From contig NIVC01000452.1 of NCBI GenBank assembly GCA_002269645.1, positions 1 to 64,000 of the forward strand: 64,000 nt of DNA. Reading direction: 5' to 3'. The position numbers and the translations under genes are program-made. This document shows, piece by piece, positions 1 to 11,500 of the stretch; position 1 is the stretch's first letter, and each line of letters starts with the position of its first letter. This DNA is from Macrostomum lignano (Eukaryota). The notes beneath the pieces are model-generated. The model was given only the letters and a program-made list of their open reading frames with translations. It was not told the DNA's origin and ran no database searches.

Positions 1-384
1 CAACCCTTGGCCAGCGAAGTCCCGATCCGCGATCCCCTCCTCTTTCCCAGCTAGGCAAGGATTGGCTGCCTCGCTGCCTGCACCGGTCTCGGTAGCGGTC
101 TCGGGCGCGCGCTTCTCATTGTTCTGAAGTGCATCAGTTTAGATGGAATTTATTGGGCGCGTTCGAGCTGCTGAGACTGGCTTGGGCTTGAGTTTAGAAA
201 GGTCAATCTAGCGTCCGTTAGTGAAACAATGAGAAGCAGGGTCGAAACGTAGCAGAAGAATTGATGAGTTAGTATTAAAGACTACAAAGTTTTACATTAT
301 ACGCTCGTAGTTCACAGACGTTGTTAACTAGTTGCTTACATTTTTAGTATTGCTTAGGTGTGCTGTATATGTTGTACTCGTATC

Positions 385-1130
385 TGCTGTCTATGAAACT
401 CGTGCTGTCTATGAAACTCGTGCTGTCTATGAAACACTTTCTGTCAATTGAAATCGTGCTGTCTATGGAACTCGTGCTGTCTATGGAACTCGTGCTGTCT
501 ATGGAACTCGTGCTGTCAATGGAACTCGTGCTGTCTATGGAACTCGTGCAGTCTATGGAACTCTGCTGTCTATGAAACTCGTGCTGTCTATGGAACTCGT
601 GCTGTCAATGGAACTCGTGCTGTCTATGGAACTCGTGCAGTCTATGGAACTCTGCTGTCTATGAAACTCGTGCTGTCTATGAAACACTTTCTGTCAATTG
701 AAATCGTGCTGTCTATGGAACTCGTGCTGTCTATGGAACTCGTGCTGTCAATGGAACTCGCGCTGTCTATGGACCTCGTGCAGTCTATGGAACTCGTGCT
801 GTCTATGGAACTCTGCTGTCTATGAAACTCGTGCAGTCTATGGAACTCGCGCTGTCTATGGAACTCGTGCTGTCTATGGAACTCGTGCTGTCAATGGAAC
901 TCGTGCTGTCTATGAAACTCGTGCTGTCTATGGAACTCGTGCTGTCAATGGAACTCGTGCTGTCTATGGAACTCGTGCTGTCAATGGAACTCGTGCTGTC
1001 TATGGAACTCGCGCTGTCTATGGAACTCGCGCTGTCTATGGAACTCGCGCTCTCTCGCGCTCTCTAGAACTTGCGCTGTCTATGGAACTCGCGCTCTCTC
1101 GCGCTCTCTAGAACTCGCGCTCTCTATAGA
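385..1130. repeat. 18-bp minisatellite (CTATGGAACTCGTGCTGT)n, degenerating at the right end
   Basis: Unit read directly; produces the spurious MELVLS / GTRAVY / SCCLWN ORFs in three frames. Confidence 0.95.
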
Positions 1131-3019
1131 ACTATGGTTAAGATAATTACGCACTCAAAATCGCACATACCGCACACCCCGAGATGGGCTACTCCAGCCG
1201 CCCACAGACCACAGGCAGTTGGAATCGGGTGCGATGGCGAATAAGACATTTTTCGACTGTCCTGCTGCTTCAAATGGAAGTTGAAATAGTTCTCTCTCAG
1301 AAGGGGGGCTCCCTTAGGTAGCGGAGGAAATGGCAGAAATTGTTGGGCCTGAAAACGTCGGAGAGGTCCAGGTTTGGGCCGAGGAAGGCGAGCCTGTCTT
1401 GAGTAAAGGCAAGACGATTGCAGATTCTCAACACCGAAGAGGCAGAATGGGTATTCCTCACTACGGATTTTTCTTTGGAAGGTAAGGGTGGTCCCAAGGA
1501 GGCTACTTACCGCCCTGATGTTGAGTCCGAGGACGGAAGAGGGACAGGGGACGGCAGCGCGGGACTGCCGACAGTCGGGACCTTAGTCCGCCTCTTCCTG
1601 TGCTTGGATGCCACCCACTGGTTGATCCGAGTCGTGAAAACGTCAGTAGGGGTTGAGGCCATGGGCAAGGGGGCCAGTGAGGACCCGTCCAGCCTTTGAC
1701 CATCATCCCGTTGCGGGGGTGGCCCGAGTGACTAAGAACGCCAGCCCGATAGTAAATACTCATTTAAAAGTCCACAATGTCATCTTTTATCACGGGGCAA
1801 CTGCATGGCACTGGATAAACAAAACATTAAGCATGCTCACATGCATGCGTAATTTGGTCACGGCTGAATTGCCACCGTTGCAGTGCGAATATTTGAGCCC
1901 CGTAAAAACAAAACCTTGGCTCCCGTATGGTGCGGTGCCTTGTAGGGCAAGATTTAAATTCAGTGTTCTCAAGGTGGACCTGCTGTTTTAGCCTCATCCC
2001 TTGGGATTTCTCTCTTTTTAGCCGTTTTAATTTTTCCGTTTCAACCCCCTCTCAGAAGGATCAGCCATCCGGATGGCTCGTCCAAAACCAGACTATGCCA
2101 GGAAACAAACAGAATAAGTCCCAGTGCATCTAACTGTACATTTTGGCAACAATTAACTGGTTTTAAAGATTAATGCAAGCCAACCGGAGCTCGCTCAGAT
2201 AATTTCTAACATCGTGTAGATTTCCATTAAAAGTTGACATGAATATTAATCAGCTGCGATCAGACGCTGGCTACTTGGGGGACGCTACAAAAATAACTGA
2301 GATGAACTTTCTCCTGAGAGGGGATTTATTCAATCCTGCTAAAACTCCTTTACCGTTCAAAAACCAACCGAATATTTTAGTTGGCGAGTGAGTAAAGAAT
2401 ATTTCTTCAGTCTTGAGCCCCGTGCGCCCCAGGGGGCCATTGTACTCAAAGTGAGCAGCGCCTACTTCAGCTAGCGGGCAGACAACCGCCAGTCCATCTG
2501 CTGCTCTCGGCCCCCAATCGGTCAGCCGAATTCCTGTTGGCAGAAAATTGAAGACTCGATTTTGATCTCGGCCAGAGCATGGAGAGATTTTGGCCCAGAC
2601 TGGAGATTTGACTTGCATACGGATTCCGCCATGCCGGCCTCTCTTCCTTTCCCCGCCGCGACACATCGTGATGAGGATTGATTTTCTAGCCGACATCCTG
2701 CGCCATTCGCCTGTCACGCTTGCGTGGGATTTCAATTTTTCTGTTCTCTGTCTCACGCTCTCTCTCTGGCTGCTGATTTTGCCGCTGCGTCAATTTGAAT
2801 TTGCGCCAAAAACACAAACAGCACCGCATGCTCCACTCCCAATAGAGTTTCGTCACTGCAATGCAGGATACGAGCTCCTGGTAGCGCCGAAGTCGCATTG
2901 CTGGTCTTTTTGCATCTTTGAAAACTTTTATTCAACTTTGCAAATACAACTTTTGCTTTCTGCCCGTGTTTGCTTATTGCCACTTTTAGCTCGCCTTTTG
3001 CTCGCCTTTTGCTCTCTCA

Positions 3020-3065
3020 ACTCTCACCCTCACTCTCAATCTCACTGTCACTCTCAATCTCGTTG

Positions 3066-3120
<55 letters not shown>

Positions 3121-3219
3121 TGCACTCGCTCCCAATCTCACTCTCACTCTCACTCTCACTCTTGCACTCGCTCCTAATCTCACTCTCACTCTCACTCTCA
3201 CTCTTGCACTCGCTCCTAA

Positions 3220-3258
<39 letters not shown>

Positions 3259-3300
3259 TGCACTCGCTCCCAATCTCACTCTCACTCTCACTCTCACTCC
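3020..3300. repeat. (CTCTCA)n hexamer microsatellite with interspersed CTTGCACTCGCTCC(C/T)AAT spacers
   Basis: Read directly; explains the SH/SL/ES/RV dipeptide ORFs. Confidence 0.95.
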
Positions 3301-3879
3301 CCTTCACTTTTAATTCTGGTATTCCCATCTTATTTATAATCTGTTTCTCGTAGTAGTTCGCTCTTAATTCCTTCTATTCCTTCTAAATCCGTATTATTTG
3401 AACAAAGCGCAGTAAAAGAATGATATGTGTCAGAGTCTACATGTAATTATCACCTACCAGCGCTAATAATTACACTAAAAGTAGGGAAGATAACACTTGG
3501 CATCCACAGGGCTACATAATGGGGCATGCTGCATCCTTCACCTGCGGCACTGTCCCATCGGATAACATGTTATTACATCTAGGCTATTTAAACAAGACAC
3601 AAGCACCCCTTAGAATGCATCGAATTAACTTCACACCCTTGAACTTTGCTTAAATGCGATATAGGCTTCTGTTAATAATTTATCGAGACAACACGGGAGC
3701 CGATTTTGTCCACCGCACTGAAATCAATTGGCACTTTTCTACCATCAGGAAAATTTAATCTCCGCCTTCGTACTTTGTATTATTCGGAGTCTTTATATTG
3801 ATACTGCATACGTTCGTACATGTACATTCAAGACTATATGACAGGCTCCAATTATCCTTACAGCCACCTCACACTCCGC

Positions 3880-4245
3880 GTCCCGCGTGTACAGTTTTGG
3901 ATGTACATTGCTGAAAATTACCTGTGGGGTAAAGGACTCATTCCAACCCTCACGAAACCCACCTCACGCCCCATGTGTACAGTATTGGATGTACATTGCT
4001 GAAAATTATCAGTGGGGTAAGGGACGCATTCAAACCCTCCCGACACCCACCTCACGCCCCATGTGTACAGTATTGGATGTACATTGCTGAAAATTATCAG
4101 TGGGGTAAGGGACTCATTCTCAACCTCCCGACACCCACCTCACGCCCCGCGCATGCAGTATTGAATGTACATTGCTGAAAATTTCCTGTGGGGTAAGGGA
4201 CTCATTCCGACCCTCACGAAACCCACCTCACGCCTGCGTGTATAT
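3880..4245. repeat. 88-bp tandem repeat, about 4 copies
   Basis: TGTACATTGCTGAAAATT recurs near 3902, 3990, 4078 and 4166. Confidence 0.9.
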
Positions 4246-4262
4246 TGGGTGCAAGGACTTCC

Positions 4263-5299
4263 TTCCTTCAAAGACTTTTAGACTAGGAATTTACCAGCAA
4301 GGTGAAATAGATGGGGTTTTCTTCCCGGTTTAGGCCCTTGCGGATTACCTTAATCTTGAGCCTCTTCAGTGGGAAGTTCTCTCAACTCTCAGTAGCGTAG
4401 GTAGTGCTGCCACCAGTTCCTTCAGGTCTCGGCCTTCGGTGAGGTGAGCTTCCCGTCGGAACGAAATAACGAAGTCAACGAACACAGCACCTAGTGCAGA
4501 TTTGCAGATTAATGAACAAGGCGTCCTGATCAGCAGATCCCCGCCGGGCTCAGGGGTGACTGGGAAGGCAGTGTTAGCCTCCCTTAGGCTTGGGCTTTAG
4601 TGGGGTCTCAGTCAGACCAGTACAAACGGATTCAGTACGCAAAGGGCACTTAGTTAGACACTGACGCACACGGGATCTTAGTGAATTCTCCGCAGATAAG
4701 AAGCCAATTCAATTCCTTGACGGAAACAAGGGGAGAGGGGTCCTATTTATAGCCGGGAAACACCCACGCACAAGACCTCGTGACTTGTTCTATTTTTAGA
4801 ACTGACGTCACTTGAGATCTCGAGGCAGGGTCTCAGTGCGCGCAAGACCTCGTGACTCGTTCTATTTTTAGAACTGACGTCACTTGAGGTCTCCGGCCAG
4901 GGTACACGCGGCTGTGACTCAGTTGCTATTTTTAGCAACATGAGTCACTCCTCTCCTTAGAGAAGGGAGGGGTCCGAAAGCACGTGATTCTCCCGGTAAA
5001 CAGGGCCAACGAGTGCAGTAAACATGTTTACTGCACTTTAGGACTCGAAGAACGCAGAGTCTGTCATGTGACTTGCTCACATGACAGAGGAAAACGGGAC
5101 GGGAACGAAACAGAGACAGACCACAGCAGAGAAGCTGAGGGCTGAGAACAGAGACGCAGAAGGGCAGAACAGGCCAAGGGGAGCAACAGACGGGCCAAGG
5201 GGGTGGGAAGCTGACCAGCGGCAGACAGCAACCCAGGGCGAGGGCGAGGGAGACTGCTGACAAAGCGGGACGCCTAACATCAACTAGCGGATCACTACA
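4263..5299 (-). mobile_element. LTR-like non-coding fragment (possible 5' LTR + PBS + leader of a truncated LTR retrotransposon)
   Basis: Minus strand begins TGTAGTG at 5299; TATAAAT box near 4744-4751; two 72-bp direct repeats; TGGTGGCAGC (10-nt match to the tRNA-Leu 3' end) at 4406-4415; AAGGACTTCC on both flanks (4253-4262, 5300-5309). No canonical CA end and no second LTR found. Confidence 0.45.
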
Positions 5300-5458
5300 A
5301 AGGACTTCCAAATACAAAACAAGGATACAGTTAAAGAATAGTAAAATTTAAAATAATCGGGTCTGTCTGATAGATTTTTTTCACTTCTGACATGGCAGAC
5401 TTTTGGATTTTCTGCGGAGCTTTCGCACTTCGAGAAACGGTTCAGTAAAATATTCACT

Positions 5459-5464
5459 TTTATT
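5459..5464 (-). terminator. Candidate polyadenylation signal AATAAA of the CLCA-like gene
   Basis: TTTATT on plus, about 60 nt downstream of the CLCA stop codon at 5525. Confidence 0.5.
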
Positions 5465-5524
5465 TACAAACATACAGACTAGAAAAAATATAGTGAGTTT
5501 AGGAATCCCATGATCAGGTAGCAA

Positions 5525-8500
5525 TCAGATTGGATATACTTTTTTATTGCGTAGATGAAGGCTTCTGCTCGGGAGTTTCGAGTGAACAAACAGTAAGAAC
5601 GACCCTAATAATGCTGCAATTGAAGGTGCGAAAATTAGGGCCAAAACAATTACCATGTATGACCACCAACTCTGACTGTGTTTACTAGAATCCAGCCCTG
5701 TTGTCGTGCTGGATTCTGTGCTAGATGTCGTGCTGGATTCTGAGCTAGATGTCGTGCTGGATTCTGAGCTAGATGTCGTGCTGGATTCTGAGCTAGATGT
5801 CGTGTGGGATTTTGGAGTAGATGCCGTGCTGGATTCTGAGCTAGATGTCGTGCTGGATTCTGAGCTAGATGTCGTGTGGGATTTTGGAGTAGATGCCGTG
5901 CTGGATTCTGAGCTAGATGTCGTGCTGGATTCTGTAGTAGATGCCGTGCTGGATTCTGAGCTAGATGTCGTGCTGGATTCTGAGCTAGATGTCGTGCTGG
6001 ATTCTGAGCTAGATGTCGTGCTGGATTCTGAGCTAGATTTCGTGCTGGATTCTGTAGTAGATGCCGTGCTGGATTCTGAGCTAGATGTCGTGCTGGATTC
6101 TGTACTAGATGTCGTGCTGGATTCTGTGCTAGATGTCGTGCTGGATTCTGTACTAGATGCCGTGCTGGATTCTGAGCTAGATGTCGTGCTGGATTCTGTG
6201 CTAGATGTTGAGCTTTCGCCCCCAACGTCGACGCCAATCTCAGCCAGATTGTCGGGCATGGTCAGCTGCACGGCAGCCACATTGGACAGCTGGCTGAGCA
6301 CGCCTGCTGAGTTGTTGGCCCGCACTGCCAGGTAGAATGTGACGGATGGGTAGCTGGGCAGCTCGTCGGCAGCTGCAACTTCCAGCGTCATGGGCTGCCC
6401 GGAGGGCACCGAGGGCAGCTGGGCGGCCGCCCCTACGTCGTCTGCTGATGCGAAGTCGAGCTCCAGCAGGCTGCGGTTGGCGGATGCTCGAATCAAGTAG
6501 CGGCTTGCTGGAGAGATGGCAGGCGGATACAATCAGATACATATTCAAGACACAATTGGAAGACTGGAGGACACATATTAAAGACACAATTGGAAGACCG
6601 GAAGACACATATTAAAGACACAATTGGAAGACCGAGGAACACAAATTAAAGACACAATTGGAAGACTAGAAGACAAATTAAAGACACAATTGGAAGACGG
6701 AAGACACAAATTAAAGACACAATTGAAAGACCGGAAGACAAATAAAGACACAATTGGAAGACGGAAGACACATTAAAGACACAATTGGAAGACCGGAAGA
6801 CAAATTAAAGACACAATTGGAAGACGGAAGACACAAATTAAAGACACAATTGAAAGACCGGAAGACAAATTAAAGACACAATTGGAAGACCGGAAGACAA
6901 ATTAAAGACACAATTGGAAGACGGAAGACACAAATTAAAGACACAATTGAAAGACCGGAAGACAAAATAAAGACACAATTGGAAGACCGGAGAACACACA
7001 TTAAAGACACAATTCGAAGAATGGAGAATACATAAAGACAAAATCAAGGATGACTAAAGTAACGTATATATCTACTTAAGTAGTCCTTGGAAAAAATGGA
7101 AGACCGGAGGACACATACTAAAGACACAACTGGAAGACTCGAGAACACAGAAATACACACTGAAGACACAACTGGAAGACTCGAGAACACAGAAAGAAAC
7201 AATTGGAAGACCGGAAGACACATGGTAAAGACACATAATAGGACACAGAAGAAAATTCTTGAAGACATAAAAGGAATACAGCCCGACAACACAAACACTG
7301 GAGACACCATCGGAAAAAAGTTTTCAACACAAATAGAGGTAAAAGTAAGAGTAGAATTTCAAGGTAGAATCGAAGGGCACGCAGACACGAAAGACAAATG
7401 ACTACTGAGACTACTGAGACACACAATGCCCAATCAGCAGCCATGCGCAATCCACACAGAACCCACCAGCGCCACTGTCCAGCTGGTCGCCAACGGAGGT
7501 CCAGCGCATCCGCAGCCGGCCGCTGGTGGCATTGACAGTGCAGCCGAAGTCGGTCACGCGAGTCGGCGGCAGACGGGCCAAATCGACTGAGTCGACCGCG
7601 GTGACGGTGAACTTGCCAGCGGAGGCGACTCGGTCAACTGGGCTGAGGCTCCGCAGGCGGACGCTGTAGTCCTGCGGCGGCCCGGACATCCGGTGCAGCG
7701 GCAGGTAGGCAGAATAAATGCCATCGTTGGGTGACACGTCAGCGCCTGACAACAGGTGCACGGAGTTTGGCTTTACGATTTGCGCTAACAGACGACTGCA
7801 AGGCAGACGATATTGACTGTGAAACGTGAGGAAAACTGTCTTCGTGTACAAATAATGCTACCGTTTTAATAAAATGGCATCGGTGGCTTTTCAGTTGCTC
7901 CAATCTTATTTGTCTATGGCGAAACCCCGTTCAGAGCTGTTCAAAAATCAATAATCTTTGCAAAATCTCCAGGCTGCACAGATTTCACTCACCAGCTCCG
8001 TGATCGAACAGCTGAAAGTTGGCGACGGTGCCATCGTCAGATTCGACGCTGGCCCAGAGCTCGGCCGGACGCACGAATCCGTCAGCGGAGCCGCGGTGCA
8101 AGTACGCGTGCACCGAATGCCGGCTGCTCGAGTCGAGCCTCGCCTCCAATTGGCTGAGAAAGCCGGTTAGTCTGACTGGCGGCCAATCAGAGGCGGCCGG
8201 CTGGCCCGAGATCAGGACAGAATGGTAGAGTGACGTGGCGGCCTCCGATTGGCTGGCAGTGGGCAACACAGACACGTACAGCTTCCACCGGCCCGGCTGC
8301 GTTGGAGTTCGGTTGGAAAAGAGTTCAAGCTGGTTGAGCTGAGATTAAGCATGAAAATAAAGCTTTTGGGCTCTACTCCGTCAGCATGAAAAGTTTGCAA
8401 GGAGGCTGAGTTGAAAAAGTACGCGGGCACACGCTCACACAGGGTGGACAGTGGCTCTCACTTTCTCGTCGTCACGCATGTGTACAATCTCTGTGCCTTG

Positions 8501-11500
8501 GCGGTGTGGGCCAGTCTCCGAGTCTAAAATTATTGTGGCATCGAACCCGAGGACTAAGGAGGGCATTGCGACTCCCAACCCAAGACCACAGCCAACCTGA
8601 TCTCAACTCTCACGGGACCGCATGGGTTTACCGCCAGAGAGAATCAGAGATCAGAGCCCCGTGCTAAAAGATGCTCTTGACTCTTCAAGGAGCTGGGACT
8701 TCAAAGTCATGGGAAATGGTTGCTATAGGAACCTGAAGGCCTATTTAGTAAGGACACGATGCACTTTTTGTGTGGCCGCAGACGGCGAGCAACCGCTTGA
8801 ACGAGAATTTCTATAGCTATCAGGTAGAAGATTTGCATGTGAAAACTGCAGGAGTTTCGGTAAATAATCATAATTGCCAGCAAATATGGCTGTTCTTGCA
8901 AATTCGATAAGGAACGGCCCTGGGCCGTCCGAGTTTATGCTTGCGATGATGATAAAAAGTGAAGCTGGGAAGAACAGGGGACAGGCTGTATAGCAGAAGC
9001 AATAATTTTTGCTGCATTCCAACGCCATTGCTATAGGAATTCCTGCAATTATCCGCATTTAAAGGCTTGAATTATGGCAGAAATGCGTTGTGCATGCATA
9101 GGTGGATAGAGAGTAGAAAGCTTATCAAAATCATTCTGGTTAATACACTAGATTTCGAGTTACCTGCCCAGATTAACAGTGATAATGTACAGCGTTTACA
9201 GCTTGTTAAGCTACTTAGAGTAATTATCTTGTACTTTTAATACCGTAATTCTATAAACTACTCGATAAACAGCTTAATGGATTGCTAGTCTAATCAATGG
9301 ATTCCCCCATAAGCCTTGACATCTCAGCAATTCCCCATGAGCCTTCGCATCTCATCGATTCCCTCATGAGCCTTGAAATCTCAGCAATTCCCTCCATGAA
9401 CCTTGACGTCTTAGAAATTCCCCCATGAGTCTCTTATGTTTGACAGATAATTCTAGAGTCTAAGGCTATCTTTAGATTTAGGAACAGAATGGATTGCTAG
9501 ACTAGCCTGTGAGCTGAGCAGCACGGTGAGTCGCTCCTCACCCGAATTCTTCCTTTCAGCCGCAGCAGCCCGCTGCCCAGTTGCACATCGCCTTGCAGAT
9601 CCTCCTCGACTGCAGCGTCGAGGGCGTCGCCAACTGGCGCCAGGTGCAGCAGAACCCGCGCCGGCCTGACTGCGCCAATAACGAAAGCCTGCAGACCGGC
9701 GCCGCTCACTGAAGAGTCGACGGTAAAACTGAGCGCCGCTGGTGTGGCGTTGCGGCTGCTTCGGAGCTGGCTTGAAATCAGCTGTGTGGAAAGGGCATTG
9801 TGAAGGCTGGAATCAGACTGGCTACTGGCTACTGGCCACTGGCTACTGGCTACTCGCCACTGGCTCCTGGCTACTGGCTACTGGCTACTGGCCACTGGCT
9901 ACTGGCTACTGGCCACTGGCTACTGGCTACTGGCCACTGGCTACTGGCTACTGGCTACTGGCCACTGGCTACTGGCCATCTCTGCTACTGGCGGCTAGTA
10001 CTCACGTTGACCCAGGCATCCGGACTGTCGGCCATTCGGCCGGCCACCTGTCCGAGACTCTCCACCATATCGTTAACGGGGCCCAGGAATCTGGAGAAGT
10101 GCGCTGTGCCTCCAGTAGTTGCGGACAGTCGGGCTAGACGAGTGTCGGCCAGCCGGCCGAAGGCCACAGTGTCCACAGTCACGGACGTCTGAGCAGCGAT
10201 CCGGACGATGTCGCTCAGGCTGTAGCGCAACTGGTGGTTCTCCTCGCCATCGGTGATCAGCAGGACTTGGCCGGTGTTGGAACGGGACGGCTGAGTCAGG
10301 TTGCAGCCGAGCAGCTGCGGTGGGAGATGAAGGGGAGATCACATCTTCAATATAATTAAGTAGGAATCCCAAGAGGCTTAGAGAGAAAGTTTTGAAGGCC
10401 AATAAGACTTGGCTGGCTGCGAGTGTGAAGTACCGCCGGTCTAGTCCGTCCAAGCACCGTCGGCGACTCCAGCTAGCAGGTCGCATCATCCCCGCCGAGT
10501 TGTACTGCCAGCAGCTGGTGCAGGGGATGCTGTTGCTGACGCTGCAGGCACCCTACCGGCGAGGACAGGTGCACACTCGGCATTTCGTCGACTGCCTGCT
10601 GGCTGCATTCAGTCGACAGCGCAACGGCACATATTTGGTGACCGTTCTATCTTTTTTCACTTGAAACATTTTAACAGTATCTTGTATTGTTGTTGTTGTT
10701 TATGAAACTGCCTTAATAAAATCGATTTAAATTTCGTGCATTTTGGAGTACGGATCGTAAATATCTGGATCGCCTTAAAATCTGGACTTAAATAAGAAAT
10801 GAAATTCGTCTAGCATTAAATCGAAAAATAGAGATGGAATCGAGTTACGCATGATCATACGAGTAAATCTCAGCAAGAGCTGCAGGCCCGTCGTCAATGC
10901 CATTGTAATGTTTTTACCTCCAGGGCAGCTGCCATCGCATCGCCTGTGGCGGTGACGCCGCTTGCAGTCAGACTCCTCACCAGCCCCCAATGAGCTTGCC
11001 GAGCCTCCGAGCTGTTGAGCTGCCTGAGCGGTGCCAGTATGTGCACAGACGTGGAGTATGAGATCAGGGCGCATTGCACATCGTCTGCCAGCTGCTGGCT
11101 CAACAGGTTCTGCATCGACTGCTTCATCTTGTCCAACGGTTGGCCCTGAAGTGAAAGTAACCGATATGAGGGTCTGATTTTGATGTACTGGTTCCCAGGA
11201 TCCATTCAGTAGCATTCATCCTCAGCTGGATAGACCTTGGGAGATCTTTGGTGAGTCGCATTTTAGTAGATTGGGCACTTTTGCTGGTTCTTCTGGTTCA
11301 GCTGCTCTTCTTTGTTTTAAGAGCCGCGAGTTCTGCATGAACGACAAGGTATTCAATTCCTATCCTTGAATTTCTACTAATTAGTAAGCGATTTCACTTC
11401 TAAGCATGGCAAGCACGCATAAAAGATAGAATGACTGAACAATTCTATGCAATATTGTGTAGCCCGTAGCATTTGGATGAATAGAAGAGTCTTTGTCACT

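Noticed and set aside
360-1111. Several long ORFs (MELVLS, GTRAVY, SCCLWN)
   Set aside because: Frame artefacts of an 18-bp minisatellite. The same applies to the repeat ORFs at 2970-3353, 13117-13779, 14351-14977, 38415-39069, 39222-39796, 44284-44995, 59551-60138 and 62787-63194.
1270-2760. GC-rich stretch with short ORFs on both strands, possibly a TE relic or exon
   Set aside because: No recognisable motif, termini or consistent splice pattern; needs BLASTX.
8500-9100. Short ORFs inside CLCA intron 6
   Set aside because: No family motif, and the CLCA model is complete without them.
10380-10660. Possible extra CLCA exon
   Set aside because: The vWA domain joins cleanly as AAALE|LLGCN without it; no CLCA motif.
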